Assembly: GCF_037042905.1 (NCBI RefSeq)
Contig: NC_087251.1
Location: 36,396,001-36,460,000, forward strand
Direction: 5' to 3'
Source: Lytechinus pictus
Taxonomy: Eukaryota
Length of the DNA stretch: 64,000 nucleotides
Shown here: piece by piece, positions 50,622 to 64,000 of the stretch
How positions within the stretch are numbered: the stretch's first letter is position 1
Layout: each line of letters starts with the position of its first letter
Made by a program: the position numbers and the translations under genes
The notes under the pieces: generated by a model
Seen by the model: the letters and a program-made list of their open reading frames with translations, nothing else
What the model was told of the DNA's origin: nothing
Databases searched by the model: none

Positions 50622-51225
50622 TTAATGATGATTACGATCATTAAATAAATTAATGTGGTGTTGCAAGAAACTTATGATCAATTGCAAAGCAATTTGGTCC
50701 CCAAGTCCATCATATTTCTTGCAATTGCTTGGAAATTAGCAAAATATCATTGCTGATCTGCAATAAGGAATATGAACTGATTTTTTTTTTTAAGCTGAAA
50801 TAAAATTGCATCCGTAATGTTTCTCAGAATCTTGCTCTGGGTCTTGACAAAGATTTATGAAAAAATTCATAAATTGTAAGCCATTATGTAAAATAGATAA
50901 TGAATATCGCTTTCATTATTTTGTCTGATAAAAATAACATTTAAATGATCTTGTACAGTAGGGTTGCTACTAAAAAGTGATTAAAAAACGAAAGCCAATG
51001 ATTTGGCTTTTACACATTTTGCTTTAGCAAAAACATGTTTAGGAGGACCACCTGTCTGCAAAGACCTCAAGTTTAGTTTCCCTTCAATAATTTCCCCATT
51101 GAATCATGTAACAAAGCAACCTCTCCATAGAGGCCATCTGCTCATAAAGAACACCTCCCTTGTCTCCCATTAGTGGTCTTTATATACAGGCTTCCCATTA
51201 TTTCTATCTTTTATTTCTCTCATAG

Positions 51226-51306
51226 GTTATAACGACATCCATATCATACCCGCTGGAGCTACCAATGGTCGTATAGCAGAGATTCGAGGGTCCCGAAACT
51301 ATCTTG
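51226..51306 (+). CDS. PAPLN: Papilin-like internal exon (ADAMTS spacer start): (G)YNDIHIIPAGATNGRIAEIRGSRNYL
   Basis: tttctctcatag acceptor and gtaagc donor; 81 nt, phase 1 to 1. Carries the GY..I..IP.GAT....E.....NYL spacer-domain motif. Missed by the ORF track. Confidence 0.9.
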
Positions 51307-52778
51307 GTAAGCACATTTATCTATTTGATTCAAATAAATGAATTCATGTTCAAATATTCATGATCTGCGATTTGTTTACTTTGGAATATCACTTATCGTA
51401 AGGGTATTTCAAGGTATTCAACACCATAAGGGAAAGTGTTAGATTATTTGGAACTTCATGAATCTATATTTCCTACCTCATTGCCATTCAATTATAAAAG
51501 AATGTTAAATCAATAACTTTGATCAATTATATACTTGGGATTCCATTTAAAGGATGATGAATAATACACTCTATGGACTTCAGAATTAATTATTTTAGAT
51601 AATCTTGTTCGGTGAAGATTGTATTGTAAATTCTGCTGTCAAGTGACTTATTTTGAATTCCCTAGTTTAGTATTATCAGATGAATCATAATGCACGAATG
51701 GATATATGAAAATGTCAGTAATTATGCCTTACTGGATCAAATGTTCTATCATTTGTATTACAATTCAAGTGAATAGATGTTTGGAATTATAAATGATTCT
51801 TTTTAATCCATGTAGCTAAAATATCAAGAAAAATACTGGCAAAGAGGAAACCACCTGTTTTTATCATGATTCTGTTTTCATGTTATAACTGTATTATATA
51901 CATAAAATCAAGAATAGAGGAATTTGACCATGACCAAGTTTCTTGTGAATGAATCTAAATTTACTGAGTAAACAGAAGGTAATTTGGGGTGTGAAGTACA
52001 TGCGACTTTAAAGGTTAATACCTTCAAAGATTACAGCATTTAAAGTTGAGTTACAGCAGACTTTGTAAAGTGATCCAAATTACTTCTCATTGTCAAGGGG
52101 GCTACTTGACAAGTGTAATTCACACCAGAGTGGTTTTTGAAGAGTTAACTTTTATCCAGTAGCCACAAGGCAGGTTATTTGAGGTTGGCGACTAGTGCAG
52201 TTTAGTTTCCATTTGAAGGGTATACCAAATGGGTTAAGATGTATTTATCAAAGTTATTTAGTGTTATATATTCTATAAAGATTTTATATAATAATAATAC
52301 CAGGCACATGTTTTACTATCCATGTCTTGCTCCAAAAGTAAATATTGAATAAATTTTACCCCTGTATATCCAAAATTCACAATTTTGATATTTGCCTCAT
52401 TCACATTTCAGGTTTACAGCAAAGAACTTGAATGATTTCAGTTCAAAATGAAAATTATTAAGTGAAAATATAAGGACTTATAACTGCCTTTCATATAAAT
52501 AATTGGAGATTTAACAGTATCAGTAAGCTACTTTGTGAAATTAATACTTTTGAGTCATATCATTTATAGATAATTGTGTCAAATTTCATGAAAATTAAGT
52601 TGCTTAATGTTCCCAATTGATTTCTTAGATAGTTTTTATTACTTGATTTTGTTGAAAGTCATTGTTGGAATAGAAAATGACATATTGTTTTAACTTTAGA
52701 TGTCTTATAAATGTTTCCGCCTGATTTGTTTGTGTCCCATCATCTCCAAATTTCTTTCATTACACTTTAAAAACCCAG

Positions 52779-52950
52779 GTGGGTGTTTCATAAAGCTGTT
52801 CGTAAGATAAGAGCGACTTTAAGAACGACTGGTGATCCTTTCTTACGCGCTAAATCATCGCCAATGAATGTACCATTTACTACAAGAAAGGATCACCAGT
52901 CGTTCTTAAAGTCGCTCTTAACTTACGAACAGCTTTATGAAACACCCACC
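52779..52950. mobile_element. Hairpin MITE (family E)
   Basis: ~65-bp near-perfect TIR gtgggtgtttcataaagctgttcgtaag.. / ..cttacgaacagctttatgaaacacccac. Confidence 0.88.
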
Positions 52951-55411
52951 TGGTTGAAATTTTGAGCATGCTGCCTAAGTCTGTCACTCTAACAAAAACT
53001 GTTTAAAGGTTTAAACATGTTTAGAAATTTAAACAACTTTTTAAGTGACAAGCTTAAGCAACATGCTAATTCTTGTTTACTGTGTATTGAGTGATGCATG
53101 GCTTGACAAAAAGCCAGGGGTTACTTGTTTAGAAGAAAAGATTGAACTGACAGCTCTACAATATCCAATAAGTATCAATGTACAAGAAAGAATGTGCAAG
53201 TTCTTTTTAATCAAAAGATTAAAGCATTGGAGTCTAGCATTTCTTAACCTGCAATGATGTTATGAATAGAGATTTTGATGAGGATCAAAAAGTCAACATA
53301 TCTTTTTTCAATTTATTTTTTAGTCAGGCAAGGAGAAGTTACTCAATAACTAAAACTTTTAAAACGTTTAAAACCTTGATTACAACATCTTAGCCATATT
53401 CTATTCAATTTAACTTGTAAACAAGACATGTATTAAACCTTTTATGATGTTTAACAACGAGCAAATATGAGATGAAGTTCTAGATAATTTAAAAAATATT
53501 ACTTTGCATGGAATATGTGCCACAGGACAAAAGAAAAACTCATTGGGTGGGATGCTCAAATCACAATTACTTCTCATGGGCGTGTTAGGAGATTTAGGAG
53601 TATCATGTCTGTTCTGTATTTTTTTGGTAAGTATTAATTATGTCCTTTTATAGGATCCAAATTTAAGAAGGGCAAGATGTTATTCATTCAACATTACTTG
53701 GAAGTTAATGAATTTGACTGTTCAAATACATTCTAGAAGTTTTTATTTTCCTTTTCCATAAAATCATTCAAATACTTCTTTGCGGGGGCGTCTTTTTCAG
53801 TCCAAAACGAGAAGCATTAAGAATTCTAAAGCGACACATTTCAATAACAATCCAACACACAGATAGTCAGTCACATCACATTAGGAATCCATTCATCACT
53901 ACTTTATTGCATATTTTCTTTATTGATGTGCTTTTAATCCTAATGTCCCTCCTGTACATGACATCTCTCATTGATCAAATGCTTGTAATAAAATACTCTT
54001 GAATTGTGAAAAATATAAGAAGAATGTCTATGTGGGTGACATGTGTTGGGACAATACAGGCAATAAATCTTCTAACTCTTGATCTCTAAGCAAATACTGC
54101 TTTTGTTGGAGAAAAATTGATAATCATGTTTTTCACTCCTCCTATGGGTGCTTCTCTGCAATCTTCTGTATATTTCAAATGGTTCTTATTGCCATTTGTA
54201 TTCTTCCTGTATTTTTCATAGTCCTTTGAAGTAAAAAAAGAAAAAAAAATTGCCAACATTCAAATCACTACACAATTTTATTTTGTCAAAGATTTGTGTT
54301 TATTTGGAATCATTGTGTAATTATTTCAAGAATTCATTGAAAATATAAAGTTGTTTTCTGAACCTTAATAGAGCAAAAACTTGACATTTTCCCCTAAATT
54401 TATCACCCATATCATAACCCGTTAATCCTGTCTTGTTATGAATTTGTTTTCATGACTTTGATTATTCATAAAGCAGTTAATATTTTATTACAATAAATCC
54501 TGCATTTAGTTGGATAGCAGTTTCCCATTGATCATCTCCAATTCACTCAATAGCTTTACAATGCTACTAACATAAAAGGTTAATGCGTATTCATATGTTA
54601 TAATATCGGTTTATTCTTTACAATTCCTTAAACAATGATTGCTAGGCTATATGGATGGTCATATGCTAACATTATTTAGTTCACAATTAAGCACATAAAG
54701 TATCAAAACCCTTTCATTTAAAGTCAAGATATTGAGCTAATTTTCCTAGAATCTATTTCAGTTACCTGACAGTGAGAACACAATTTTCAATTCATCCCCT
54801 GAGTAGGGTGTGTTTATCATCACACTTGAGTGCTGAACAAATTTATTCTTCCAGTAACATTTTGACACTTCAATTCTATTTTCATCGTTATCATGTTATC
54901 CTCGTTTGCTATGAGCAGTGGAGCTCCCCTAGTACAGCAATGTGATAGGGAAAATATGAGCATTAATTAAATGGGAGGAAAATAATGATATAGAAAGTGT
55001 CAAAATTAATGCATGTTTGGTGTTTTATAACTCAGTGGTAAATGTTTGAATTGCTTATTTCTATAAATTATTCATGCCTCCTTGGAAGCATTTCATGAAA
55101 GCAAGAGTACTATTTCACTGACAACTGTTATAAGCTACTGAAATCCTTTCCTCTGATTGGCTCAGAACAAATTCAGTCTAAATAAATGACTATTTGCTTC
55201 ATGAAACACTCACCTGATGCTGTAGTCTAGAACTCTTAACCTTTTTAACTACTGAATTCTGTGATCCACATAGACTTTATACAGAGATCACCCGGTTTTA
55301 GTAGCGAATGGGTTAATACTTTTTTCTAAAGCTTTGGAAAAGGTTTGTCCATGTTAATGATGATCTCAAATTCCAATACTTAAAAAGTGTATGCATTTAT
55401 GATTCATCATT

Positions 55412-55686
55412 GGGGGCGCCATGGTCTAGTGGTTAAGATTCTCGTCTTTCAATCTGAAGGATGTGGGTTCGATTCCAAGCCATGGTGTTTTCCTTCAGCA
55501 AGAAATTTATCCACATTGTGCTGCACTCAACCCAGGTGAGGTAAATGGGAACCGGCAGGAAGTAATTCCTCAAAAAAGCTATGCGCACCGGAATCGATAG
55601 ACAGCTTAGCCAGGGAAATATAGGAGGGCCTTGAGAACCTAGCAAGGTGGATATGTGCGCTAAACAAATCCTATATTAGTATTATT
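55412..55686 (+). mobile_element. Full-length tRNA-derived SINE
   Basis: A box TGGTCTAGTGG, B box GGTTCGATTCC, body ctcaacccaggtgaggtaaatggg, and an L2-like 3' end (gccttgag..gtgcgcta..aaat) with a (tat)n tail. Confidence 0.88.
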
Positions 55687-58600
55687 TATTTTAGATTTTA
55701 TGACAGTGAATTCAAACATTGAAAATGGAAAAACCCTCAGATTCACCAAAGTCTAATACAGGCTATTACTCTCTCCAGTCTCACTTATGGATGATCTCTT
55801 TGATGGCTCCTTCCTCATATTTTCTTCTATTTACCTTCTGTCCATCAGCAGGTCTGTATTTCTCTACCTTCACTCTCAATTTCAATTCTAATATTTTGTT
55901 TCAACAAATAAAACGTTTACCTACTTCATCCTCTCTTTCTTTCCCTCGTTCATTCTCTCTATTTTTTCATTCCTCTTCTCAAGCTGCATATCGTAGGGGG
56001 GGGGGGGGCTTGGGAGAAGAAAAGGAAAGGATTGAAAGGAAAAATCAGTAAACTATTTCAGAATATTATGTCAAATCTATCATGAAAATAAAATTTTACA
56101 TAAAAAAGGTTATAATTTTTGCTCGTTCACTTCACTCGCTTGCAGCTGTTTAGAAATTTTGCCCAATATGCCGTATCTGGTGTCTGGTCCCCTCAAAATT
56201 TTGGCTCATTATGCCACTGTCAAGCAACATGCAATTAGTTGCGTTCAAAAAGATTTTTTTCTTTTCTTTTATTCCAGACAACAAAAGGAACCTTTATTTC
56301 ATAACATGAACCCAAAAATAATGAATCAAATTATTTTACATAGCTCTTTTACATTCTTTTTGCAAAGTTCCAAGGATTGCATAGCATGTATCCAGCAGGA
56401 ATTGGCTTGTGAATGAAGTGCATTTTCTGGGGGGGGGGGGGTTTATTCTAACTTTTCATTACAAAAACTTGATGAAATTTCATATACATTTTCAAGGCAT
56501 AATAGGAAGAACTTATGAAAATATGCCCTTGTCAACACTTACATCTAAGGACTACTTATCATTTATGACCCAGATCTAAAATAATAACTTTGAAAATAAT
56601 TAATCTAATTTCCCTTTTAATTCAAAAGTTACAGAGGTATTGCTTGAAGCGGTTTAAATGATCAGTTTGCCTGAAAAAAATTATTGACAAATGGCAGTCA
56701 AAGGTAGTGTATAGTTTCCATTTATTTTCTATTCCAAACCATGTTATTGAATGCAGGATATCTTTCAAGAACTTTCATCATAACTCATTTCGGAGTTCAT
56801 TCCCCGCTTCAGGAAATTTGATATTTTAATTTCTAGCTTTCAGTACAATAAAATACCACTTGGTCTACACTTGATTTTTCTCCTTTCCATTTGGTCTCAA
56901 CTCACATGGTCTATCCTAGTTCATCTGCAATGAGTTTGCCCATCTAATCATTTGGTCTAACTTGCCATTTAGGCTATCTACTATTTTGTCTAATTACTGG
57001 TATAGGCTACATGTATATCCATGTCCTCTAATATCCATTTTGTCAAAACACCTCTTAGTCTATGGTTAGATGAACTGTCTGTGAACCAAATTTTCATTTG
57101 ATAAATAGTAATTTAAATGGAAAATGATAGACAAAGTGTAAATTCGACCATCTGGGTATTAAACTAAATAGTAATTAGACTAAATGGGTAATATATCAAT
57201 TGTTTTGTAGACCAAGTATCAATTTGATCATATTGATTATAGACCGAATGGGTTTGGCCAATGTGGTATTGGACCATTTGAGATGTTAACTGACTGCCGG
57301 TAAACCAAATGGATATAAATCTTTTAAACATGTCTAATTTGAGGTTTTATAACAATAGGAATATACCCAAGTTTCCTGTACTTCTGTTTGCTTCTTTTGT
57401 GTCTGTTTTTCAGTCATCTTTCATATTTTGCACAGGAAGTTTGTCAAATTGATAAACAAAAGGCTATTATTCAGCATACTGTGAGTGACGGGACCATGGA
57501 CAAACACCCCATCATTAAAATTTTGATAAAATCCATTTTTTCCATATGTCCTACTTTCGGAGGTGTTTGAGATTTCCTGTTCGTAGTATAGAAGTGCATT
57601 GGAGTGAGATTTAATGCCACAAATGATATTTATCACCATTCTTCTTTAGATCAATGTGCATATATCCATATTTTATTTGGGTCCATTTCAAAACCATTCT
57701 TGCTGCCTGATTAGGTTTATAGTCTTCTGATATGTTTGCTTCCATATTTAGAACAAAAAATGTGTATTTTTTAGGTGTGTGCATGAATTTATTGCCCAAG
57801 GGTTTATATATGTTTGGTTGTGAGATGTGTCTTATATATAATTTTTTTTTCATGTTTTTTTATTTTTTTCAAAGAGATGCAAATAATTTTCAGCTGCATG
57901 CCTCCATAGTTTAGCTGTGGTTGAAAAGATGTTTTGTATGTGCCCACATATGTTTTAAACCTTATTGAACTATGTGGTTTCCTTTATGATGGAAAATGGA
58001 AGATTGCCTGTCTTTAGAAAAGTTGAAATGGCCATGAAACTTTGTATAAGGAAATTTGAGTGTTCTTGAGGTGTCTTTGATTCATATTAGATTCAATTTA
58101 GAATCTCTATCTTGTCTTCCCTTTTTGGGATGATATAATTGCCACAGGCCTTGATCGTTGATGGGGTTAAATGAGTCCAAGTAGACTTCTCAGTAATCTT
58201 GATGACATGGTGGTAATAATTTATGTTTGTTTTACAGAATAGAATTTAATTTTCTTGTTTACCTTAGCTTCTTAACATGAAACCCCTATCATTTGAATTC
58301 ATATTTGGTTTAATCATATAACTTCACACGTGTCTTGTGAAGTAGATATATGTCATTCTTTCTTCTAGTAATATATTTTTTTACCTAGGCCATGCCTCAG
58401 TTTCAAAGTTGCATGAAGTGTATACATGTTGAACAAATAATACCTTAGTGCAGAAAATGAATAACTCTTTTGACCATCTTTGCATCTTGATATTGGTATT
58501 ACCGCATATGAAGAGTTTAAGCATTTATTTCTGCAATGTGATTATCTTATAAGCCCATATGAATGACTATGATAGGTAGCTACAACTCTGATTTTAAGAA

Positions 58601-60429
58601 TGAGATTCTTGTCCCCTTGGGCACAGCTTTGATTGGTGTCTAGTGCGTGTCTGCTATCTAATTGCATTATTTGATATACATCGGTTTGGAATTAAAGAGG
58701 AGAGAGGTATAGATATCTTGAATTATGTATTCTCATTACTTGGTTTGATAGATGGCATATTCTCAACTATATACTCTAATATCATCAGGATATGGAAGGC
58801 TCCTAGAAAACTTTGCCAGATTAACAAATTTCTTGTGTGAGTCAAAATCAACTTTTTGGATTCTGCCTGCCACATTCTTTTCTGATATTCATTAGTAATA
58901 CTTTTCTCTTATTCTTTTTATTTTATTTTTTTTAAAGCTGCAAAGTAATCTTCTTAGACAGTTGTTTCTGTCCCCAGTAACATGATTTTTTAAATTGTTA
59001 TTTTATATTTTTTATTATTTTTATATATATATATATATATATTTTTTTTTTTTTTGGTGGGGGAATAAAACAGGTTTCAATAAAAAAAACTGAAGTAATG
59101 TATCACACTTCCTTTGACAAATTTAGTAGAAGAAGTAAAAAGTAACAATGCTTTTAAGCATGTTGGGCAAAATATCTGACATTTATTACTGATGTTTTGA
59201 AAGGATTTAGATCTTAAGTCAAAGCTCAGCAACTCCTTTGGTTATTAGCAAAACATGCATGTTGTCATCTAGGATGATGTTTTTTTTTGTTCTGTATGAA
59301 AGTTATTAATTAACCATCAGAATCTATGAGAGAATTAATGAATTAAAATGATTTAGGTTTGAATAGCATTCATTGGGATTACATGGTTGTATACACTCTT
59401 TCAATATTTGTCATTTATCTTCAAATAATGCAATAGACCTACAAAGATAAACGAGGTGTATTAGAGATCACTTGTTGACAGAACAGAATTCAACTTCGGA
59501 AGTTATTTGTTGTACCATCTGGATGTATCAAACTTTGCACATGTTGGTTAATGGGAAACATGAAATAACCTAATAAACATCTGCATACCAGTTGTTCTAC
59601 TGATCTACTTTTTTGTAATTAGATTGAATTTTGAAGCATATGTGCAAAGAATTACGTTATAGATATATTTTCACTCAAATGGGCGTATTCAGTTTTGTCC
59701 ATGGTAACTGAAAAATCCAATCGTAAATATGTCCAAGGCATAATGTATAAGAAGAGTGTATTTGTAGATTAAAAAGAAAAGTCCCAATCTGTGAATAAAA
59801 TTGTGATACATTTCCCCCAGCTGTAACAGGAATAAGAAGGAAAGTAAGGAAAGAAGAATGGCATCAGGTGATCATATCCTGTCAATTGTAAGATCTCCTT
59901 AGGGTGACATAAGACGATAACCTTAAAATTTTCATTCAGATTCACGATCATTACAGGGTCTACAATTTTGTTTAATGTGGAGTCTTATAAAGGTTTCGAA
60001 AGCGTAAGATCTAATTTCTATTGTAGGGGCATCATTCGATCAGCGCGGTGGCATACACAGGTGTACTTTCATTGCAGGGTTATTGTATGGTCAGCGCACA
60101 GCCATTGTACAATATGTATAAGATCTCTGTATGGCCTCTTCATGGCTTTGTCTTTGGTCATTGATGATGTTCAACACAAGAAATTATACGATGACTGTAT
60201 ATAATGTAAACATAAAAATTGTTACCCATATAGCCACCTAGATTCCCCCTGAAAATTATAGACCAATCTATCGTAAAATGATCATAGCAAATTGAAATTA
60301 GATGTAAAAGATGATGGACCAGTATTCTGTCAACCTATCGAGCCTTGTGCCAGAGATATCTCAGGCGAAGCTCAATGGAATGATGTATCCTGCCGAAATC
60401 AATGCTTTTTCAACAATGCTTGTTAACTT

Positions 60430-60654
60430 GGTTCCATGACATTTTCTCTGGCGACAATTGCTCCGATGGAAAGTCTGCATGTTATTCCAAATGGTAAAAC
60501 TTAAAACCTAACCTCCAAAAGTGAATAAACCATAATCATTATCTTGACATTATTCTGAACCAAAAACATTATTACAATCCCACCTCTAACCGTATGTCCT
60601 CTAAGATATTAAGACCGGAGCAAATGTCGCAGTCTGAGCATATGTCGTGTCACC
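60430..60654. mobile_element. Mutator-like MITE
   Basis: 9-bp TSD tgttaactt; ggttccatgacatt..gcgacaattgctccg ... cggagcaaatgtcgc..atgtcgtgtcacc. Confidence 0.8.
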
Positions 60655-62087
60655 TGTTAACTTAGCCAAATAAACAAATCATTTGTCAAATTAAAACTAT
60701 TATATTACTTTTATGTTGAAATTGACTTGGTAGAAGTCATTTTAATTAGTTTCAATTGGGTGTCAAAGATGATGGACCTGCGCTCTGTCAACCTATTGAG
60801 CACTGTGGCAAAGATGTCTCAGACTCAGGTCTATTATATGGAACGAGTGTAAGCCTACTACGCCGAAATTGAATCTTGGTCAACAAAATATGCCACCCAT
60901 ACCAAATTGAATTATATGTATTATTTTGTTGTTGTTAATGTTGACTTGGTACGTTAATTAATTAAAAACAGAAACGTCTTAGTCCAAGGACGAAGAGCAG
61001 GATCAGCTAAGAAAAAAAAACACAAGGTTTTTTTTTTTTTTTTTTTTTTTTTTGACAAGGGTCAAAAGAAATAAGTAAAGGAGCTGATCTGAAAGGAAGT
61101 AAAAACTTACTTCCCTTAAACTGGAAAGCCGAAACTCATTAGCGAAAACTTTTTTTAAGGACGCTAATAGATAACAGGGAGGCTTCCCAAAAATTTTAAG
61201 AGAAAATTTTTTTTAAGACAAAGTAAAAAAAAAAAATTTCAATACAAAATAATTATTAAAATTAATTAATAATTACACAATTAACCAATTGGTTAATTAA
61301 CAATTAATTAATTCATTAATCAATCAATCAATTAATCAAACAAAAACAAAAGATTGATTGAGACAATCAACCGACTCACAAAGGAACAAGTTGAAAACAA
61401 GTTTGAGAACAAACAAGGACGACGCTCCTATCTGTCCCATAGCCTAAGCTGTGGGGAGGAAAGAAAATCAATTCAATTCAAGACGAGGCAAAGGTGCAAG
61501 TCAAGAATAATAAATTAAAAAGGATTTGGCGTCGCATCAATGCCTGCGACACGCAGGAAGAGTGCGTGGAGCTACGGGTAAGGGAAGCGGAAGCAACCCG
61601 TCTGTGAGAAAACGAAACTGACGTTCGGAACTCACAAGTTTATTTAAAGAAAAACGTGAAATAATAACACGAATGCTCCATGCACTAATATATAAATGAA
61701 ATCAATCTAAAACCGAAAGGCAAAGGATTGAAATAGGCTGTAAATACATAGATAAATATGTAAACAACGGACACTTTTATAGTAAAGTGGGAGTGTACTT
61801 AGCTAACGTCTGATCACGGCGGCAGGCGAAAGTAAAAGAGGAAATGGACGCCTAATTGCGCGATGATCTTGGGATAGTGCGTTCATAGGGAGATGTAGCG
61901 CGCGCGCAGGAAAATTGTGTACTGTATATTCGGCGTGCTGGTTCATCGTAATGAACAAGCAAATCAAATGAGTATATCCAGTTATCTCGTAAATAAGAAA
62001 ATAAACGTAAGTATTTTCATGACTTGGTACATGGTTGCTCATGTTGACATTTTCTTATAACATATTTATTTATCCTTCATATTTCAG

Positions 62088-62263
62088 CTCTGAGGAGTGT
62101 CCATGGTGAATACTTCTTGAATGGTGATTTCAGTATAGATCTTCCTCACTCCTTCAAAGCAGCCGGTACCACCATAGAGTACAGTAGAAAGGTTGGAGCA
62201 CCGCAAGATAAACCGGAAGTCATTACATTCCTTGGACCTTTAGAAGAACCACTCTATGTTGTG
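62088..62263 (+). CDS. PAPLN: Papilin-like internal exon (ADAMTS spacer): (A)LRSVHGEYFLNGDFSIDLPHSFKAAGTTIEYSRKVGAPQDKPEVITFLGPLEEPLYVV
   Basis: atttcag acceptor and gtgagt donor; 176 nt, phase 1 to 0. Carries the ALR...G.Y.LNG...I......AGT...Y.R.......E......GP..EPL spacer motif. Missed by the ORF track. Confidence 0.9.
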
Positions 62264-63415
62264 GTGAGTTGAAATTCTACTGCATTTCCATAGATTAACA
62301 TGCGTACAAGCAAAGGTTCAGTCGATATTTTAATGAATTTGTTTAATTCTCACAAGATTTCTTATTTCATTCCATGAAATCATTTATTCAGTTAGTTTTC
62401 GCTGATGTGGTTTACGGTACACCATGTGACACCATGTGGAGTGTTATAGAAACAGTGGATAGAAGAAGAGAAGAAATGGATAGGCGAGAAAGTGGAGATT
62501 TGAGAGTAGAGTATTCTTTCTTGAAAGTAGTCCTGAACAGTCAGTCCGCAGCCCGTCCGAAAGTGCTCTATTTTATTCAGCGGTATGCATAGCCGTCCGT
62601 GGTTATGCATACGTAATGAGCTGTGAAGACGAACTTTCCGATCGGTGTTTTTTGCTCTTAGAATCGTTTATTCCTCACAAAATTGGTCTTATTTTATAGA
62701 TAAAACTTTGAAATTTCTGATCAGCTAAATAAAATGCACATTTAATGTATTTTGAAGACCGATATTTAGCTTAGAAAAAATGATTTTTTTCAAGAAATAT
62801 ATGTGAATAAACAGAGCGCATTTTTGCACCGAAATTACACTTGCGTCAAATTGATATTATAATCAATATAAAGCGTAGACATTCTTCTTTACGACTGAAA
62901 AAGAATTATGAAATTTCATGATGTAGCAAAGTCAGGAACCACAAAAAACCACGGCAATGTCCATCGCAAAATGATTGGAATTGCAGTAGAATTGCCGACG
63001 CGTTCTGATTGGTCAACAGCGGCGCACAGACTTGCAACATTTTATATAGCTTAAAAAACCCGAAGGAAGTATGGAAGAGATTGATGGCGAATTGCGTAAG
63101 CGCATTGTTTTGGCGTGTGCAAGGACCCTGGTTCGAACCCGCCGGACTGTTTTTTTTTTTTTTTTTTTTTTTGGGGGGGGGGGGGTGATGGGGATATGTT
63201 TATGCTTTTTCTTTAAATCATATTCCTTCATCGTTCCTACCCAGCTTTATTCTCTTTTTACTTTCATGTGAAGTTCTATTTAGGCCTGCATTTATTAAAT
63301 CATGGAGCTATTAATAGCTCTATGATTAATTCTTACTTCTTCTTAATCACTGCTTTTGATTTTCAAGTTCTTGATTACACTTATTTGGGCAGGGGTGGGA
63401 AGGGAAGTGAGTTAA

Positions 63416-63950
63416 AGGTCAAGTGCACATCAACAAAAAATTATTTGAATAAATACAGAAATTTCCCTTTTTTAACACAAAACAGTTATATACACAAAAC
63501 AATGGTATGCAAATAGAGTTGATTATGTCACTCACATCACATTACTTTTTAAATTTTTGTTGCATTTTTATTATATAAATTTTAGCAAATTTGATCTAAA
63601 AAATCTTCCTCGAATCACAATAGGTTACATTTATGGAAACTACGAATGTTAATGGAGGAATTAAAATCCCTCTCAAAATTTGTTAATGAAAATTAAAATA
63701 AAATATACATGTCATGTACATGTATCAAACAAAAAAATACACAAGAAATTAGAGTGCTTGTGACATAATCGAGTCTGTAATTTGCACATTGACCAAGATG
63801 AGCATATAATTGTTTTATAAAATTAGGCAAATTTCTCAATGTCAAAATAGTATTTTTTTTAATTTTGAATCATAGTTTTTATGAAATTTTCTGCAATACT
63901 TTATTTTTCTTTAAATTCAAATTAATTTTTTGGTGGGGTGGACTTCTCCT
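63416..63950. mobile_element. Degenerate Kolobok-like MITE (family A)
   Basis: ttaa-aggtcaagtgcac ... ggggtggacttctcct-ttac; internal similarity to the 2894 and 10123 copies. Confidence 0.7.
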
Positions 63951-64000
63951 TTACTCTTTGCTTGGAATAGGGAATGCACATTAATATTTATCCACGAACG

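Noticed and set aside
55412..55485. Functional tRNA gene
   Set aside because: The acceptor stem is poor and the sequence continues into a SINE body and tail. The same applies to the heads at ~32050-32116 and ~32580-32647.

Overview
AT-rich eukaryotic (metazoan) genomic DNA, not prokaryotic. The repeat landscape is compatible with an invertebrate deuterostome such as a sea urchin, but this is inference only. The window is almost entirely intronic. It holds four clean + strand coding exons (21649-21779, 50055-50178, 51226-51306, 62088-62263) that splice in frame into the ADAMTS cysteine-rich plus spacer module of a papilin-like/ADAMTS-like extracellular matrix protein. A short 71-104 segment encodes what should be the end of the preceding exon. 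The introns are packed with non-autonomous DNA transposons identified from their TIRs and target-site duplications (Kolobok-like TTAA, PIF/Harbinger-like 3 bp, hAT 8 bp, Mutator-like 9 bp, Academ-like TAG..CTA). They also contain a decayed 5'-truncated L2/CR1-group LINE, tRNA-derived SINEs and several tandem arrays. Nearly all ORFs in the supplied track are spurious. I found no convincing novel protein-coding system. The most interesting structures are a 2.8-kb foldback Academ-like element with ~190-bp-periodic YY1-like motifs, a 782-bp palindromic derivative of a Kolobok-like MITE, a MITE-derived satellite with emerging higher-order structure, a 45-bp Penelope-type hammerhead remnant inside a 12-bp TSD, and duplicated exon 3' ends/splice donors.
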